A DNA stretch of 62,857 nucleotides, counting the filler, from Atractiella rhizophila (taxonomy: Eukaryota), in the NCBI GenBank assembly GCA_021432655.1. It is 17 parts of 16 records of this genome, joined end to end, with 100 filler letters (N's around TTAATTAATTAA, not from the genome) between each part and the next. Parts side by side here need not be neighbours in the genome. Positions count along the whole stretch, not along the records: positions 17,690 to 21,992 come from MU272471.1; positions 22,093 to 26,362 come from MU272472.1; positions 26,463 to 30,724 come from MU272473.1; positions 30,825 to 35,078 come from MU272474.1; 13 more parts are not named here. The stretch is one strand, 5' to 3'. The number at the start of each line of letters is the position of its first letter. The first letter of the stretch is position 1. Position numbers and translations under genes: made by a program. The notes beneath the pieces are model-generated. The model ran no database searches, was not told the origin of the DNA, and saw only the letters and a list, made by a program, of their open reading frames with translations. Below are positions 19,631-33,649 of this stretch, piece after piece.

Positions 19631-21346
19631 ATGAAACGTGCCTGTTATCTCTGTTCCTTTGAGTTTTATCAACCTTTTGGTCCTTAAAGGAACTCAACTC
19701 CAGATTTGAATAGGGGCCTGAGAGGATAAAGGAGTGCATACTCACGAAGAGAAAAGACACCGGCATCTACATGAAGATGGTGCGCGATCAAGTTCGATAA
19801 TGTCAAGACCGGGCCTAAGCCTGTAATCAGCACAGTGTCATTTATTGAAACGAATAATCAAAAGCAATACCTTGGAATAGGTCATGCTCCGCAAAATATG
19901 CTTGCTACAGGCAAGAAGCAAGGCACACGCGACGACCATACAGAGCGTGATCGTCCTGCGAAGAGGAAGCTCTTGCAATTTACAGTGAGAGTCTCCTTCC
20001 ATTGAGGTAGGTTTGGCTGGACTTGGAGGTGTCAGGAGGAGCATTGAGCAGTCGCTCTTCGCTCGTGCTTTCACTGGAAGCTGGGAGCCGGGGCGTTTGT
20101 GAGGATGTACTGGAAGGGCAGGCAGGAGGAACGGTAGGCTGCTGCTGAGGGCAATGAACTCAGAAGGGAGATCGAAAGCTGGTCTTGATCTTGGAGGGGA
20201 TGAGTTTGGAGCAAGAGAGGACTTCAAGTAGAAGGAAGGTCCATTGACGGCAGGAAGAAAGGGAATCGCATAGAGAGGACGTCGCATCGTGAACCTGCAC
20301 GCCAAATCGAACTTAGCGAAACCTTTTTTAAAAAGCAAAAGGAAAGTGCAGCTTCACACCTTGCGCAAGAAGTGCAATGTTTCCTACGCCGTAAAGTAAC
20401 CTCTCACGCCATTCAACCTGCTCACCCTCCTATTCGACTTCCGACATTCAGTGTAGGATCAAAGGTGGAAGAGTCGGCGACGAGTGAACGTGAGAGCCGG
20501 AGCGGTGCGGCGGGGTCAGTTGCCATCCTTGGTGGTCCACCAGGTTCCTCTCTCTCTTCTGTGCGCTCTTACGTTATCTGAGCTTTCTTCCACACGCTGT
20601 AGCCGATTCAGGAATGAAAGTGGTCGGGAGAACTGGGAAACTTAAGGAGTATGCGGAAGGCGGATGGAAGACGAAGTATGGCAAATAGAGACGGATGGAA
20701 CTGCGGTTAAGGGGCTAAGCAGGTCCTGTAACCATTCTGGTGGTGTCGCTAACCACGTTCAGCCTATGGTCCACCTCTCTCGCTATCCGATCTACTTGAT
20801 GCGCTCCGCCATCGATTTCCGATGAAAAGGTGGAAGGGGTTGTGGAACGCGAAATGAAGCGTTGCGGCATGGTGGAGAGACACGTGAAGGGCGAGGAACA
20901 AAGAAACGGAGCGGCAAAAGGGCTGGGTGAGGTCCTTATGACTTTCGCCTTTGTTCCCCAACCCACCCTCTGAGCTCTTCTTTCACAACCCGACGTCGCC
21001 TCCGTGCTCCAGGTCGATTGCGGATGGTCCGAAGGTTTTCAAAGCTTAGGCGTTTCGTAGAGAGCAGATGCATGGAGAGAGCTGGGAAGGTGAGTGCTGG
21101 TAAGGTCTAGTCTAGGATAGCGGATTGGGGAGGAAGGCGACAGGGAGCGTGCACAGGAGCCATATGCGTTGCTTCTCCAATGCCATCGCTCCCCTATGCC
21201 ATCTCCATTTGTGTTCTAATCCTGTACAGCGCGAGGGCAACAGGAGAAGGAGGAAGCGGGAGAGGAATGCAGGGCGGTACTGTTAACAGGGCGAGCGGTG
21301 AAAAACAGGGAAGGAACTAGTAATGCCATCGCCATGTCAATATGTG

Positions 21347-21840
21347 TCCTTATATTATATAAAAAGCACGACGGGTTTGACCATGACTCACGCATGTACT
21401 TTTGAGCGCTTATATCACCGCCCACAACAACCCTTTCAGAATTCTGAGTATACCACCAGAATACGCGTGTCGGCGCCTTTCGAAGCGTATACAGCAAAGA
21501 CCATTTTGAGACACGAAAAAAAAATTGTTTTCACGACTGAGTCAGGTGACTTCTTGGTCCACAACAACCCCATCAAAATTCTGAGCATACCACCAGAATA
21601 CACGTGTCAGCGCCTTTCCAACCGTATACAATAAAGCTTATTTAAAGGACAAAAAATAGTTGTCTTCCATGACTGAGTCAAGTGACCGACTTCGGCACTT
21701 TGACGAAAATTTCCTTACCTACTCAAATAAGGCAGCAAGGTACAGAGTTTGTGCGGTGGTGTAGTTGGCGTATGGTTGGGTAGTTGAGTCTTCGTTGATT
21801 GGTGTTGGTGTGGGTTCAATTCTCAGTCATGTCACATTTT
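21347..21840 (+). mobile_element. Helitron-type 5' terminal region, copy 2, with tRNA-like module
   Basis: TCCTTATATTATATAAAAAGCACGACGGGTTTGAC; tandem unit of about 137 nt; A box 21757-21768, B box GGTTCAATTC 21813-21822, then TTTT. Confidence 0.65.
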
Positions 21841-22092
21841 GTCACTGCCAAATCCTATTGTGTGCCGACTGCGTGCCTGCAATTTCTAATTTCTTCAGAG
21901 ACTTCTCATGTCATGCGCCAAAAACTGTTGTTTGCCAACTATGAGGGAAAGTGAGCAAGCATTCATGCAAGTGAAACAGTTTCTTTCACCACNNNNNNNN
22001 NNNNNNNNNNNNNNNNNNNNNNNNNNNNNNNNNNNNTTAATTAATTAANNNNNNNNNNNNNNNNNNNNNNNNNNNNNNNNNNNNNNNNNNNN

Positions 22093-25000
22093 TTCCATCG
22101 GTAACAACACATTGGGCGAGGAGCTGGCCTGAAAACGACGAAGTGTGTCCACGACAATAGACAACAAAGTAAACCACGCATCCTCACTGGTCAAGTTGGT
22201 CAAATGGGTGCCAGTGCCGCGCTGCCTTGAATGCCGCGAGCATATATCAATGCCGACGTCAGAAAGGGATCGGATCTGCTCTATAATTGGTTGGCAATTA
22301 TCATAATTGTCAAGAAATTCAGCTTTAAGCAGCTCGGATTTGGAATCCACCGTGTCGCGTAACAAGGAGAACGCTTCCGAGGTATGGTCAATGGTATCTA
22401 GTAGCCATACAGCAGCTTCCAAAGCTTCATGTCGTTTACAACTCTCAAGGACACCTGGCTCTTGAAGGATATCGCGAGATTCGATAGCTAGGTATGGGAT
22501 GACTCCTTCGGGATCGAATTCGCACAGCAATTCTATGTACCGAAATCGGCTTGCGGCATTGAGCTCTGGGGGGTTGTCGCGAAAGTCCAGCGGTAGCTCG
22601 TTGGTTTTATTATCATCTTCTGCTGGATGAAGAAGCGTCCTCAGGTAACGGTACTGGGTATGTCGTGTATGTGAGAGGCGAGAAACGACTTCTCCGTGCA
22701 ATGATGGGAAGAAAGAATTAATCAAAAGCACGGCGCAACGCAAATCTCTTTCGGCGAGATCTTCGATGGCTTCGAGAAGAACGCCTCCGGTTTCCTTTGT
22801 GGATGGAGAGTCTGTCTCGTGAAGCGCCGCATCCAGAGTATGATGAAGATGAGAAAACAGTTCTGCTGGCAGGAGGTCGCTGTCCTCCAGAAACGTCCTT
22901 AACAGTTGCGGCCACTGCTTCTGCGATCGATACCAAGAGCGTAGCACTCGATAAAAACCCGCACCGTGGAAAAGGGGGATCAAATTCGAGGCTGACAAGT
23001 CCCGTTGATAGACGGAAAGAAGATACTCGACGGCTAGCTGACGATCATCACGGGTGCTGACGTCCGCATCAGCGACCAACTCCATCAGAATCTGGCTAAG
23101 CACAGAGCTCGGCAGATGGATGAATTGTGGGTATTTTGGAAGATTTCTTGCCACAAATATATTGATGAGCGTTCGATCACTGGCGCTGAGCGATGGTGGT
23201 TGCGAATCATGTGCTGCAATATCGAGAAGAACGTTTATTATGGTTTGCCGGTCGACTGGTCTATCGGCAACATCTTCATCGTCTAGATATGGATCTTCGA
23301 AAGCGAGATCTAGTACATCTAGAATCGCTTCCGAGTCAAAATGAAGCAGTAGCCGAAGGTAGGGATATGGCGGTTCCACGTAACCTTCATCTTCAGAAAT
23401 GAGAACTGGCTTTCCGCCGAAATGGGGCCAAGAAATCGTGCTTCCTGAGAAGACAAAACCATACAAACTAGCTCGAGCCAAAAGAGCGTCGTCATTTGGA
23501 AGGGGGAGAAGCGATGGGTAACCATAGCCGGTGAGTGAATGAGATAGGTATGGGAAGATTTTATAAGCGGCGCGAACGAGCACGTCAGGTTCATGGGTAG
23601 GTGATAGTTTATCAGAGGATAGGTAAGAATCGACAGAGGCAGATTGTTCGTCGAGAGAAGCACGCCACGATCGGAGCTGTTGCTGAGCCACTTTGCGGAT
23701 GATGTTAATAAGAACAACAATAGGTCCAACAAAATCCTTCACCGCGCGAGAAAAGATGTAGATCAGTGCATCATACAGGTGTCGTTTCTCGCATAGGCTA
23801 AGGGCTTGATGAATGTCCAAACAGTCAGGGGGGATGTGCCAGATTATTTTCTCCACTTGTTCGAGCTCATTTCGTTCTTCGTGAAGGGATATTATTGCTT
23901 GCGTGATAAGAGGCGGCATCCAATCAATATCCCCGTTTAAAAGGAATGGCTCGATTTGTTCCAGAAAAATGCCTGCGATGCCGTTACTTTGGTAGAACTC
24001 CCAAACGATGTCCCATAAAAGGTAAGTTTTGTCCATTAAGATACAAGCTCTGACACAGGCAGGGACAAGGGAGCGAATTTCCCCAGTGCGGTCAACGCCG
24101 TTCCCACTGGCATCTTCCATCATTCGAGTTTCCGAAAAGACATACGAGACGGAAGCTTTGACAATTTCTTCCAACCTTATCGCAACAATCTCGTTGCGGG
24201 TATCTGGATTTGACGGGAGCTGAAGGGTGGTGGAGTCTGTTCGACCCCCAAGGTAGGATGTTGTTGTCACAATAGCGTCTATGACTTTTCCAGATTGAAC
24301 GAGATGCAATATTCGATCGGCCCAGGTTTGAATAGTTCCGACTCGGATTTCGTAAGAAGTCTGTTCTCCTGTTGGCGGAAACAGAAACAGCGGGCGAGAC
24401 AACTCACAAGAAGGAAAACCTTTGATTTGAACACCTTTACAGATCTGGAGAATGAACGAGATAGCTTTTCCCCACTGGAATAGAGTTTCAAAGCTGAATG
24501 CGATAAATTTTGGGAGATGAAAGAAGACGTGTCGATAAGTTCGCGACCAATAATTGTGCTACTGTTTCGGTCGAAGATGGATAGATATGTCGCAGTGAGG
24601 AGAATGACCGTCTACTCAAACCATGGTCAAATATGTTTCCTCTGTAGGAGAAAGATGCACTTTGTTATTCCACCATTGAATGGCAAGGATGTTCTCATCG
24701 CAGTTCCATTCCCCACACACTCGAAACGTCATCTCCGTGTCCCCTTTCGTCCCTCCATTAATGACGTCTTGCACCTTTGAAGTAGACTTGTTGGAGATAT
24801 GGGTTGGTCCGTCAATTGTGGCAAATCTTAACAGCTTTCCCCAAGTCCATGCCAGTATCGGGCCAGCTTCCACTTGATCGGATCCAATTGTGTCACTCAT
24901 TTCGCTCAGAAAGCTGGGAAACCATGCCAAAACGCCAACAGATTCCCATACTTTGGAATCGGCCGTTTCTTCTGGGTGCTCCGGGAGAAGATATCTCCAC

Positions 25001-26362
25001 CATGTTCTTGCTTCAGGTTTCAGGCCGACGATGACCAACTTGGTGGTTCCCAAGATTGCAACCAGTTTGTAGTCGTCCGTCCAATGTTTCTGACTGCCCA
25101 GTGGGAGAGGCTGCATATCTAAGGTGGTTGTAGGTTTCCTGCCTGTAATCTCCGGCAAGGGGAGTTCTTTATCTCTGCTGGAACCACGGTCCCACCAAGT
25201 CTTCTTGCCACGCTCCCCAATGTGTCCTTCTGGAAGTGGATATTTACCTAATAAACGAACCACATCCCTGCTATCCAATCCTAGAACCTTCCCTAGTGCA
25301 TGATAGAAAGTCAAGCCTCTAACATCTGACGAAACGATTGCAGTATGGCGAAGGCCGACAAATCCAACATGTGTTATTTGGGAACTGGCCAGATGGCCTT
25401 CCTTGAAACCTGCGAGAACAGCAGGTGTATACTTGAGTGGGGGAACGGTGCGTGCCAAAACTGGCGTTGGCCCAGCGATGTCATACAGGTGGATGTATCC
25501 TGACGAGTGACCTGCGCAAACGAAGGTGTGATCCGCCGAGATGGCAAGAGCGGTAACAGCACCTGAGATTTTGCTTTGAGCTTCTGAGCCGCAAACACCA
25601 CGTAGGTCTTGATCGAAGGAGAACACGAGGACGTATCCGCTTTCGGTTCCAACTACAATGACACCAGCAACAGCTAAAGACGTAGGAGCGCCAAAGACAT
25701 CCCCTACATCGGTGTCTCCAGCTTTTGTTGGCGGGTAGACCAGACCTGAAAGCTTCCGAAGTGGAGTAAACAGGAATGCTTGCTCGTCAGCGCCAGTTGT
25801 GTTGTTGATGGGTGGGGAGGCGGGCGGGAGAAAAGTTGTCGTGCTTGAGGATCGTTCTGGCATCGGGAAGCTTGAGACAGATGAAGGCGGCTTGAGTAGA
25901 TCATCCGACAATGCATCTGAGCTCCTCGTCGACGTTCCACCATTAGCAAGAGGCGGCCTGTTTAAAACGTTGTGGTTGGCTCGATGATTGAGGCTGGACG
26001 TGTCAGCATTGCTTCGAAGCCTGGACAACTGCCGATGTTGAGGGGGTCGCACCTTCTGAGGGGAAGACATTGGAAGTTCGGAGCTGAAGGAAATAGATGA
26101 AGAGGGAGAGCGCGCTTGGGAGGAGGCGAGAAGGGCATTGGATAGTTGTCCAGGTGTGCCTGGACTGTGATAAGCTGGTGTTGGAGTCCCTGTAGAAGGA
26201 GAAAGCCGAATATCCTGTCCCTCAACAAATAAATATCCATATAGCATGGCGCCCATGGATAGACGTGAGGTACACTTACTACTGAGTTGCTAAATTGAGA
26301 TGCATCCTCGCTTTCGCCATTTGCAGCGGTGTCTTCCTCCTCATCTGAACCAGGATACTTGA
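22093..26362 (-). CDS. VPS8: CORVET subunit Vps8 (both ends cut by contig ends)
   Basis: WD40-like region (GAVTALAISADHTFVCAGHSSGYIHLYDI, HVGFVGLRHTAIVSSD) and Vps8 core (WADRIL, FLEQIEPF, CLDIHQALSLCEKRHLYDALIYIF, YPYLRLLLHFDSEAILDVLDLAFED). Short introns link ORFs 24616-26256 and 22093-24402. Confidence 0.92.
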
Positions 26363-26462
26363 NNNNNNNNNNNNNNNNNNNNNNNNNNNNNNNNNNNNNN
26401 NNNNNNTTAATTAATTAANNNNNNNNNNNNNNNNNNNNNNNNNNNNNNNNNNNNNNNNNNNN

Positions 26463-27272
26463 TTCAAAGGGCCGCCGCTTACTCCCAAATGGGAGACCAT
26501 ACCTCAGCCATCGCGGATGGAACTAAGGCTGCAGAAGTCGACCCCAAGTTTTCTAAGGCGTATTCGCGCCTAGGACACGCACTATTCTCCAGTGGAAAGT
26601 ATTCAGAAGCCGTCAAGGCATACGAGAAAGGCTTAGAGCTTGATCCTAATGTTAGTCACTTTCCCTAATTCATGGTCAGTGGTTGAAACGCTAGACAGAA
26701 CGCGGTGATGAAGAACTCCCTTGTGACTGCTAAATCGAAGGCGGCAGCTGAGGAGGATGCAGATGAAGATGACGCCGATGACGTTATAGACAATGCTGGA
26801 GCTCGAGGTGGAGCTGTGACTGGAGGAATGCCTGATTTGGCCAGCATGGCTAACATGTTCGGAGGAATGGGAAGGAGTGGTGGAGGAATGCCTAATCTCA
26901 TGGAGATGATGAACAACCCAGCTATCATGAACATGTGCGTGGATTGATTCCCATTAAGCCCCGCGCCAAAAGGACAAACAAGGCCAAAAAAGTCCCCAAA
27001 GCCCCCGCCGGCCCCAAACCCAAGAAAAAACCCAACCGGCAAAAAAAGGGTGGGTGCCCCTTAACGAACCCGAAAACAAGAGACGGCTGATGAAACAAAA
27101 CAGGCAAACCAGATGCAATCTGGAGGTGGGATGCCAGACTTCAGTCAGCTCATGAATGACCCGGCGCTGAGGGATATGTGAGTTACCGCTTCGAACTTGC
27201 AAAGCGAGGTGGACCTGATTCCATTGGGATCGTAGGGCGGCACAATTTGGACGGGGTAGAGGAGGTCCGTGA
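26463..27272 (+). CDS. SGT2: TPR co-chaperone Sgt2, 3' part
   Basis: TPR RAAAYSQMG...VDPKFSKAYSRLGHALFSSGKYSEAVKAYEKGLELDPN and STI1-like GGMPDLASM...MMNNPAIMNM...MPDFSQLMNDPALRDM. Region 26950-27100 looks garbled; the 3' end is approximate. Confidence 0.88.
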
Positions 27273-27504
27273 GTTTCTTGGGCAGGGGAAGGGCAGCAGA
27301 TTGTACAGCCGTTTGTTGTGTTATGGAATGCATCTGAAAAATATTTAGAATACATCCTCCCTGCACCGTCGATCATGGCAGTATCTGACTTCAGATGTCT
27401 TGAGGCTTCGGTTGCCTCAATGCCTTGTATATAATGGGTATAAGCAGCCCTGCTGGTATTATAATACGACTACTCTCCTCGCGAAAGACGAATTAAACGG
27501 TCAA

Positions 27505-29412
27505 TTAGTCGTCCTTCTGCATGTAAGCCTCATGCAGCTGGTTAGCGACATAAGTGCCAAAAGTCGAATCCTCCGTCGCTGCCCAACACATCGTCAACAG
27601 TCCTCGCCATGCAGTAGGGAGAAGAGTGGGAGGACGAACGGATAACGATCCGAGCTCTCGCAGCCACCATACCATCCAGGATAGGCAACATGAGCCCACC
27701 CAGCTTCTCGCCAGAGTCTTGGAGATTCCTCCACTCCATCGCGTTCCTTACCCCAGCCGCTAGATCTTCATCTCCTTCCAAGAAGTCCCTATGTTGACAC
27801 AGTCAATGTATGTTGTGCAAAGGAAGGATAAAGACGGACGAGAGGGTGTGTAGACATGGAAAGGCGGCGTAGAACCTGTTCAGGTGCACGTCTGTTGAGG
27901 GAGAATGAGAGTCAGTGGCGAGGTAGAAAGGCGCATTGAAAGGTGATAGTAGGGGATTGTCGTGGAGTGAAGTGTGGCAGGACAATCCGTTTTCAAATGG
28001 GTCTGTGTCTTGAGGAAGGGGGAGCGGCAGTGGTGACCGAGTCGAGAGCTCGTCTCCTGCTTGTTTCGAAGACAGTTGTAAAGCTGAATCGATAAATGAC
28101 CACCCTCCTTCCCGCCGGATAAACTCCTCCCAATCCCGCTTCCCTTTAGAGATCGAAGCTCTCTTCCTCTTCTCGTCCACCAGACTCTTCCTCCTTTGCT
28201 CCTCCTTCACCTTTAACAGTTCTAGGACATCCTTGAACCGTTCATCCCTCAACCCCTCCTCCCAGTGTTCATCCACCATGGCTCTCACGATCCCCTCAAA
28301 CAATCTCTGCTGCAGCTCTTCCGCCTTTTTCTTAAACACTCCATCTCCAACTCGAGCCAAAACGCTCGCGTAAGCCGCCTTCCCGCCCAACTTCTCCCCC
28401 ATCTCGCGCGCCGTATGAAGTAACATGGGATGGTCGAAGATCAGACGCTTGGCCATGTAATGGTGAGGCTTTCCCTTAATCACCACTCTGTCGCTACCGA
28501 AGAGGGAGCCAAAGAGGATTAAGCGTTCGGGGACGGTGGAGAGAGTGGGGAGGGAGACGGCACGGTTGAATTTGTACCATTCTTCGGCTGTTACATTGGA
28601 GATGAGAGGCGAGGAAGGGGGGAGACGATCGGTGTAGAGGAGGTCGTAGCGCTCGCCAGTCTCCGTGATTCTGAGCTAATCCCTCATCTTCATTGAACGT
28701 TCGCTCAAGGAGATGTTGGAAAGGTATAACTCACTATGTCAGCTTCGGAAAGACCCCCAGCATCGATCAGAGCCCCTTGTTCCATCATCCCCGTCACTTC
28801 TCCAGTCCCATCACCCCACCACCTGTTCGCCAAAGAGATCCCCTCCTGCACCTCGACCGTCCTAAGATCGAACACAAAGTCCCAACTGACAAAGCTTCGT
28901 CCTGTCAACTCCTCTTCCTCCTTCATTTGAGTCTTGCCGCCTCCCCGTCGCTTGACGAACGGTGCCCTCCCCTTAGTTCCCTCTTCCCACAACGCTGAGA
29001 GCATTTCGTACGTGTGCATTCCAGGTGATCCAGCGCCTGTCCATATCGGAGGGACGAGGACGGTGCGATTAAGGTACTGTCCGAGTAAGAGGGCATTTTG
29101 GAGCGCTATGCGCTGGTTGTGAAACCCGCTATGAGGGAGGTAAGCGAGGTATTTCCTGTCTTCTTCTAGCTGACGGGGTACTGGCAATGTCGACAGGGGG
29201 TCCTTCGACGACGGTCGTATGCGAGAGGTGCCAGTGGCATAGTCGGCATTGTCTGAAATGACCTCGATGGTGGGTAGTGAAGGATGTGTGAGCACGTAGA
29301 AGGAGATGGTGATGAAGGCGAGTGGAGCAGCGTAGAGCAGAATGGAAGTGAGCACACCGGGTCGCTCTGCCGTTTTGGAAGCTGATGCCCAGCGAGGAGG
29401 ATACGACGACAT
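27505..29412 (-). CDS. Fungal O-fucosyltransferase-like (CigA-type) type II membrane glycosyltransferase
   Basis: N-terminal TM helix, then KYLAYLPHSGFHNQRIALQNALLLGQYLNRTVLVPP, LILFGSLFGSDRV, FYLATD, and PILDGMVAARARIVI|ATEDSTF. Several short introns. Confidence 0.8.
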
Positions 29413-30623
29413 CGCCTGATGCCCACAGTCAATCTGAAACGAGTATTAGGCCTTCAATCCTGCTGCTCAATGATCCAATGATCCCAGTTGTGGTGGTGTA
29501 CTTTTCAACGAGTACGTACAGCACTCAGAGATTATGCTCAACATGGCAGCGTCACAAATGCGCTAGGCTCACTGTATTCATCAGATTTAGACGAAACGAA
29601 TCCTGTTTGGTTCTTCCATGTTCTTACATGGAATTGTAATATCATGCACTTTCTCAGACACGAGCTGAAACCACACCATCTTTGGCAAAAATGGCGGACA
29701 TAATCTTTTATGCAGACATAACACAAACCCCTGCGGGGCAGATCTTTTGAAAAGCCTCTTATCCTCTTATCCCAACAGTGTGCCAGGTATCCAAAAATCA
29801 TAGAAAGGATTCAGCGATGCTGGAGCTGGAAGTTGAGAATGAAGGGGACTTCAAATTGAACACAAGGGGAATTTGGTCCTTCGGTGCTCACCATTTTTCA
29901 AGGCATGCTTTTCATTGGAGATCAGTAGATGTCATCTGTTTGTTTCGTTTGCCTTGCACTCCAGATACCGTACCAAACATGTGCACTTCACCACTAATCT
30001 AGACTTATAAGTATGGCTTGAAATGTTTCCCTTCTCTTTCTTTTCCCCAATCACATAACTATTTGTATTGCTTGTCCTCACTGATAAGTGATTGTGGACT
30101 AATAACAGCACTTTCGGGTTCCACCCTGCCTCTGTCAGGAACAAGATCCTGGCTGAATCCTTGCTGCTGCACAGGGTACAACCCTGACTCTGTCCAGGAC
30201 AGGATCCTGGCAACATCCTTACCTCCTAGGCACTGAGGGCATTACCCTGCTTCCAATAAAAGCACCATTGTGACGAAAATGGTGGCTCTCAGCCAACCAG
30301 AGTAGAACCCTGCCAGAGATAAGAACTCAAATACAGTTAAAATGTCATGTACTCGTAAACACTGGTAGGCACAGGCAATGTCCTCCCTAAGACACATTTC
30401 AAATCACTTATCCGTTGAAATCCTTGTGTATTAGACTGCCCTGGTTCGTATTTAGTATATATCAGCAAGTAAATAGGGTACATTCATAGTTTTAATTTAT
30501 GACAGTTAAGGTATGTGGCGTCTAGAACATTTTATCACATGAAGCATATAAAACTGGAGGATCCCTGTAGTGGTCATATATCATTCATACATAAATTGCA
30601 TATATATATAAATATTGTCTCCA

Positions 30624-30724
30624 TGTTAAGGCTGACACTATGTGCGGTCGCCGATAGGCGATGCGTCTGTAGTGGAGATAAACCTAAGTGCATGATATGA
30701 CATGAAGACTAACCTGTAGTGGAG
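30624..30724 (+). mobile_element. 5' end of a probable LTR (TGTTAAGGC...), same family as 517-617
   Basis: 101-nt match to the reverse complement of 517-617, starting at TG. Cut by the contig end. Confidence 0.6.
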
Positions 30725-33199
30725 NNNNNNNNNNNNNNNNNNNNNNNNNNNNNNNNNNNNNNNNNNNNTTAATTAATTAANNNNNNNNNNNNNNNNNNNN
30801 NNNNNNNNNNNNNNNNNNNNNNNNTGCCGATCATCTTCAGATACCTGAGGTAGTAATCCATTGTTCCACCCAAACTGGAACTCTTCTCCTCTGACGGCTC
30901 CAGCTTGGCTCCCTGATTCGCTGTCGTCTGCTTAAGTGTAATAGTGTCTAATAATCCGTAAGCGCGTTATCAGAGCGTATTTACAGTCTGACGTAGAATT
31001 GCTGTTCCGCCCTGACGAGATGCTTCCGAATTCGAAAGCTTTGTTTACCCGCAGCAAACTTTATTTTATTCCTTTTTCTTTGGTGTACCCATGCTGTCGC
31101 CTGACCAAGTTGAGAAGGTGGCCAGGAATTGAACGGATGGAACAGAGCTAATGTGGCTTAAAGGGGTAATGAAACGAGTAGCGTGGCGTATTCCAAGATG
31201 ACAAGATCTCTCAACTTCGTGCGTGTCCTGTGTCCTGTGGCAAGGGCTGCGGTGCAGATTTGCTGCTGTGCTCAGCGTTTTCGTTTGGCAAAATTTCCAG
31301 AGCTCTGCTTTGCTTTTACCTTTACGCTTTAACCTCATACCATCTATTCTCACTCTTTACGATAACGGGTCAAAAGAAATGTTGACTGCGACATTGGATT
31401 ATGAGGTCCCAATAAGGCAATGTGATCCTATCAATATCAAATGCACGTTTGCACCTGTTCATAGGTTGCGGACACGGCATTGACCTTTACCCATCTTTAT
31501 GTCATCACGCTGACTATGCAGTAGAAGGCATACGGCCTGTTTTCCTCTGCTGTAAATTTGAACTTCTGCGAGTGTGATCACGTTATGGGACGTCCTCGAT
31601 CCCCATCTCTCTTCCAGTCGAGAAATGGATGTAAGTCGATAAGTTATCCTTCGCAGGCTTCGATCCTTTTCGCCTTCCGTCATGGCTCAGCTCCTTTCTC
31701 AATTATCACACTGATTATTGTTCCTTAGTTGCTCTGCGCGATCAAGGATTGAAATCATGTTCCATTCTTCGTGCCAGAAGACCACTACTTCGTCTGCTTT
31801 CATTCATTTGAGATCTTCAAGATAGGATCTTCGGGTTCACTTCCAAGTATGTACATGGCTACTCAGAAACATGTGAAGAGCCAATAAGTTATTGTATGTT
31901 GACGGAACCATGTAGCACTCTATGATGATAATGCAGGGGGGATTGACGATGCTATCGCAGCAATGAGGCTGGAGGCAAGGTAACAAGGGTGTTGTACTTC
32001 AGCCAAGGTTCCCTGCTGCAAGATTCTATCCTGTGCGTTACAAGTCGATCACTTCGCAACGCGTTTGCGGACGGCGGCGCCAAGCTGGCTCTTCGAAGGT
32101 GAGCTGAGGAACAAAGAACCTTGCAACAAAGAACTTCGGAACAAAGGATATAGAGAGCAGTCAAAAGCGAATAAGATCACAAAGAATTTTAAAAACAAAG
32201 GAATCTTGTAACTTAATAACGGAAGAACCGAATCAGTAGTCAAAAACATAACAGGTTACAAGCCCCTTGTTACTTAGAGCGATCTAGGAAGTCTAAATAG
32301 TCGAGCATATCCATTCATCCCAAAGCAACAAGTTACAAGCGCCTTGTTGATAAAGGGATCTGGGGTTGATTAGCTCCGTTGCGCTGGCATGAGTCTTGAC
32401 TGACAATATTTGCAGCTCAATGCTGCGTACAAGGCTCTCTCTCTCAGAGAGCATAAAAGCCTCTGCTGGATTCCTTCCGAAGACAGTTCATCAGTGAAGA
32501 ACAGAGTCCGAGTAGCAGGGATCTGCACTACGAATTTCTCAAAGACTGAACTCCGAAACATTGAAATGCCTTGGGTCAACTTACATCCACTCTACTCGAG
32601 CAGGCTTACCAAATCTAAAAGATGGTCCGTTGACTATGCATCCTGACTTATTCTTTCTTATTATTTTGCACCTAACAGGATTGCGCGCAAAGCGGTGGTC
32701 TCGATGGAAAACGGCACTATCCACGATCCAAATTTACACCCTCATTATGAAACTAGTGATGCTCCACTATATCCTTGGACATCTTCCACATTTCCACGGC
32801 CGAAAGGGAGCCGTTATGACAAACAGCTGCAGACCTGGGCTAGAGCAAAGTTCAACACTCAGCAAGCTGCAGACCCCACTGATGGAAACCAGTACGGTTT
32901 TCGGGAGGGCGTGGAACCCATTTATGGCCCTGAAAGGCCACGGAGTAATTTGCATCGTGAGTACTCTCTCCAGTGGAGCCCTTGTTGAGTAATGATAATT
33001 GTCTTCAAGCACGAAGGATAGTCCAACGAAATATCAGGGCCTTCCCAGGTTTGGGAAGATGGGGTTGAGCAAATATTCCTTATTTTTGATTGCTGTTGCA
33101 GACTGTTGCGTTGTTGCATAATACGATATGTTGCCTAATAACATGTAATTTTGGAGACAATGTTAGCTTTTATACCAGACCAGCAGGATGCAGCTCATT

Positions 33200-33420
33200 A
33201 ACCTTCGTCAATCAGGCCCTCACCCACTCACAAGGGCATGGCCCCTTGAACTCTACTGTGACTCATCTAAGTCAGGGACAGAGTGAGGGGCAGAATAAGA
33301 TTTCCTGGAAGATTCAGAAAGGTGCAAGCTGCAAGCATGTGCAATTACAGTAAGATGGTGTATTTCATTTCATTTCAATTTGCCTGGTGAGGGATGTATG
33401 AATGCTTCAGGCCAAGAACT
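33200..33420 (-). repeat. Degenerate Helitron 3' subterminal region
   Basis: Aligns with 46572-46810, including the CAAGGG(G)CATGGCCCCTTG hairpin. The terminal CTTG segment is missing. Confidence 0.55.
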
Positions 33421-33649
33421 GATTGGATATTAGGTGAGCAGCCTGAGTCATTGTCGCATTTCCCATGATGCAGTGGAGGCGAAGAAGCAATATGCAGACC
33501 GCACCATAGTACCATTTTGACCAAGTTTGCTCACCATTAACCAGTTGGACGGTTCATAAATGACAGGAAGAGGGTGAACAGCGGAAACCCGCTATCAACT
33601 ATGCTCACCAACTCTTTGGTGCAGACGGACTCGAGTTTAAATCATCACG

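Noticed and set aside
26950..27100. Odd A/C homopolymer-rich stretch inside SGT2
   Set aside because: Looks like low-quality base calls replacing an expected exon/intron segment; most likely an assembly artefact.
9841..27272. Apparent cluster of trafficking genes (PEP7, VPS8, SGT2)
   Set aside because: They are on different contigs joined by artificial linkers, so adjacency reflects size sorting.
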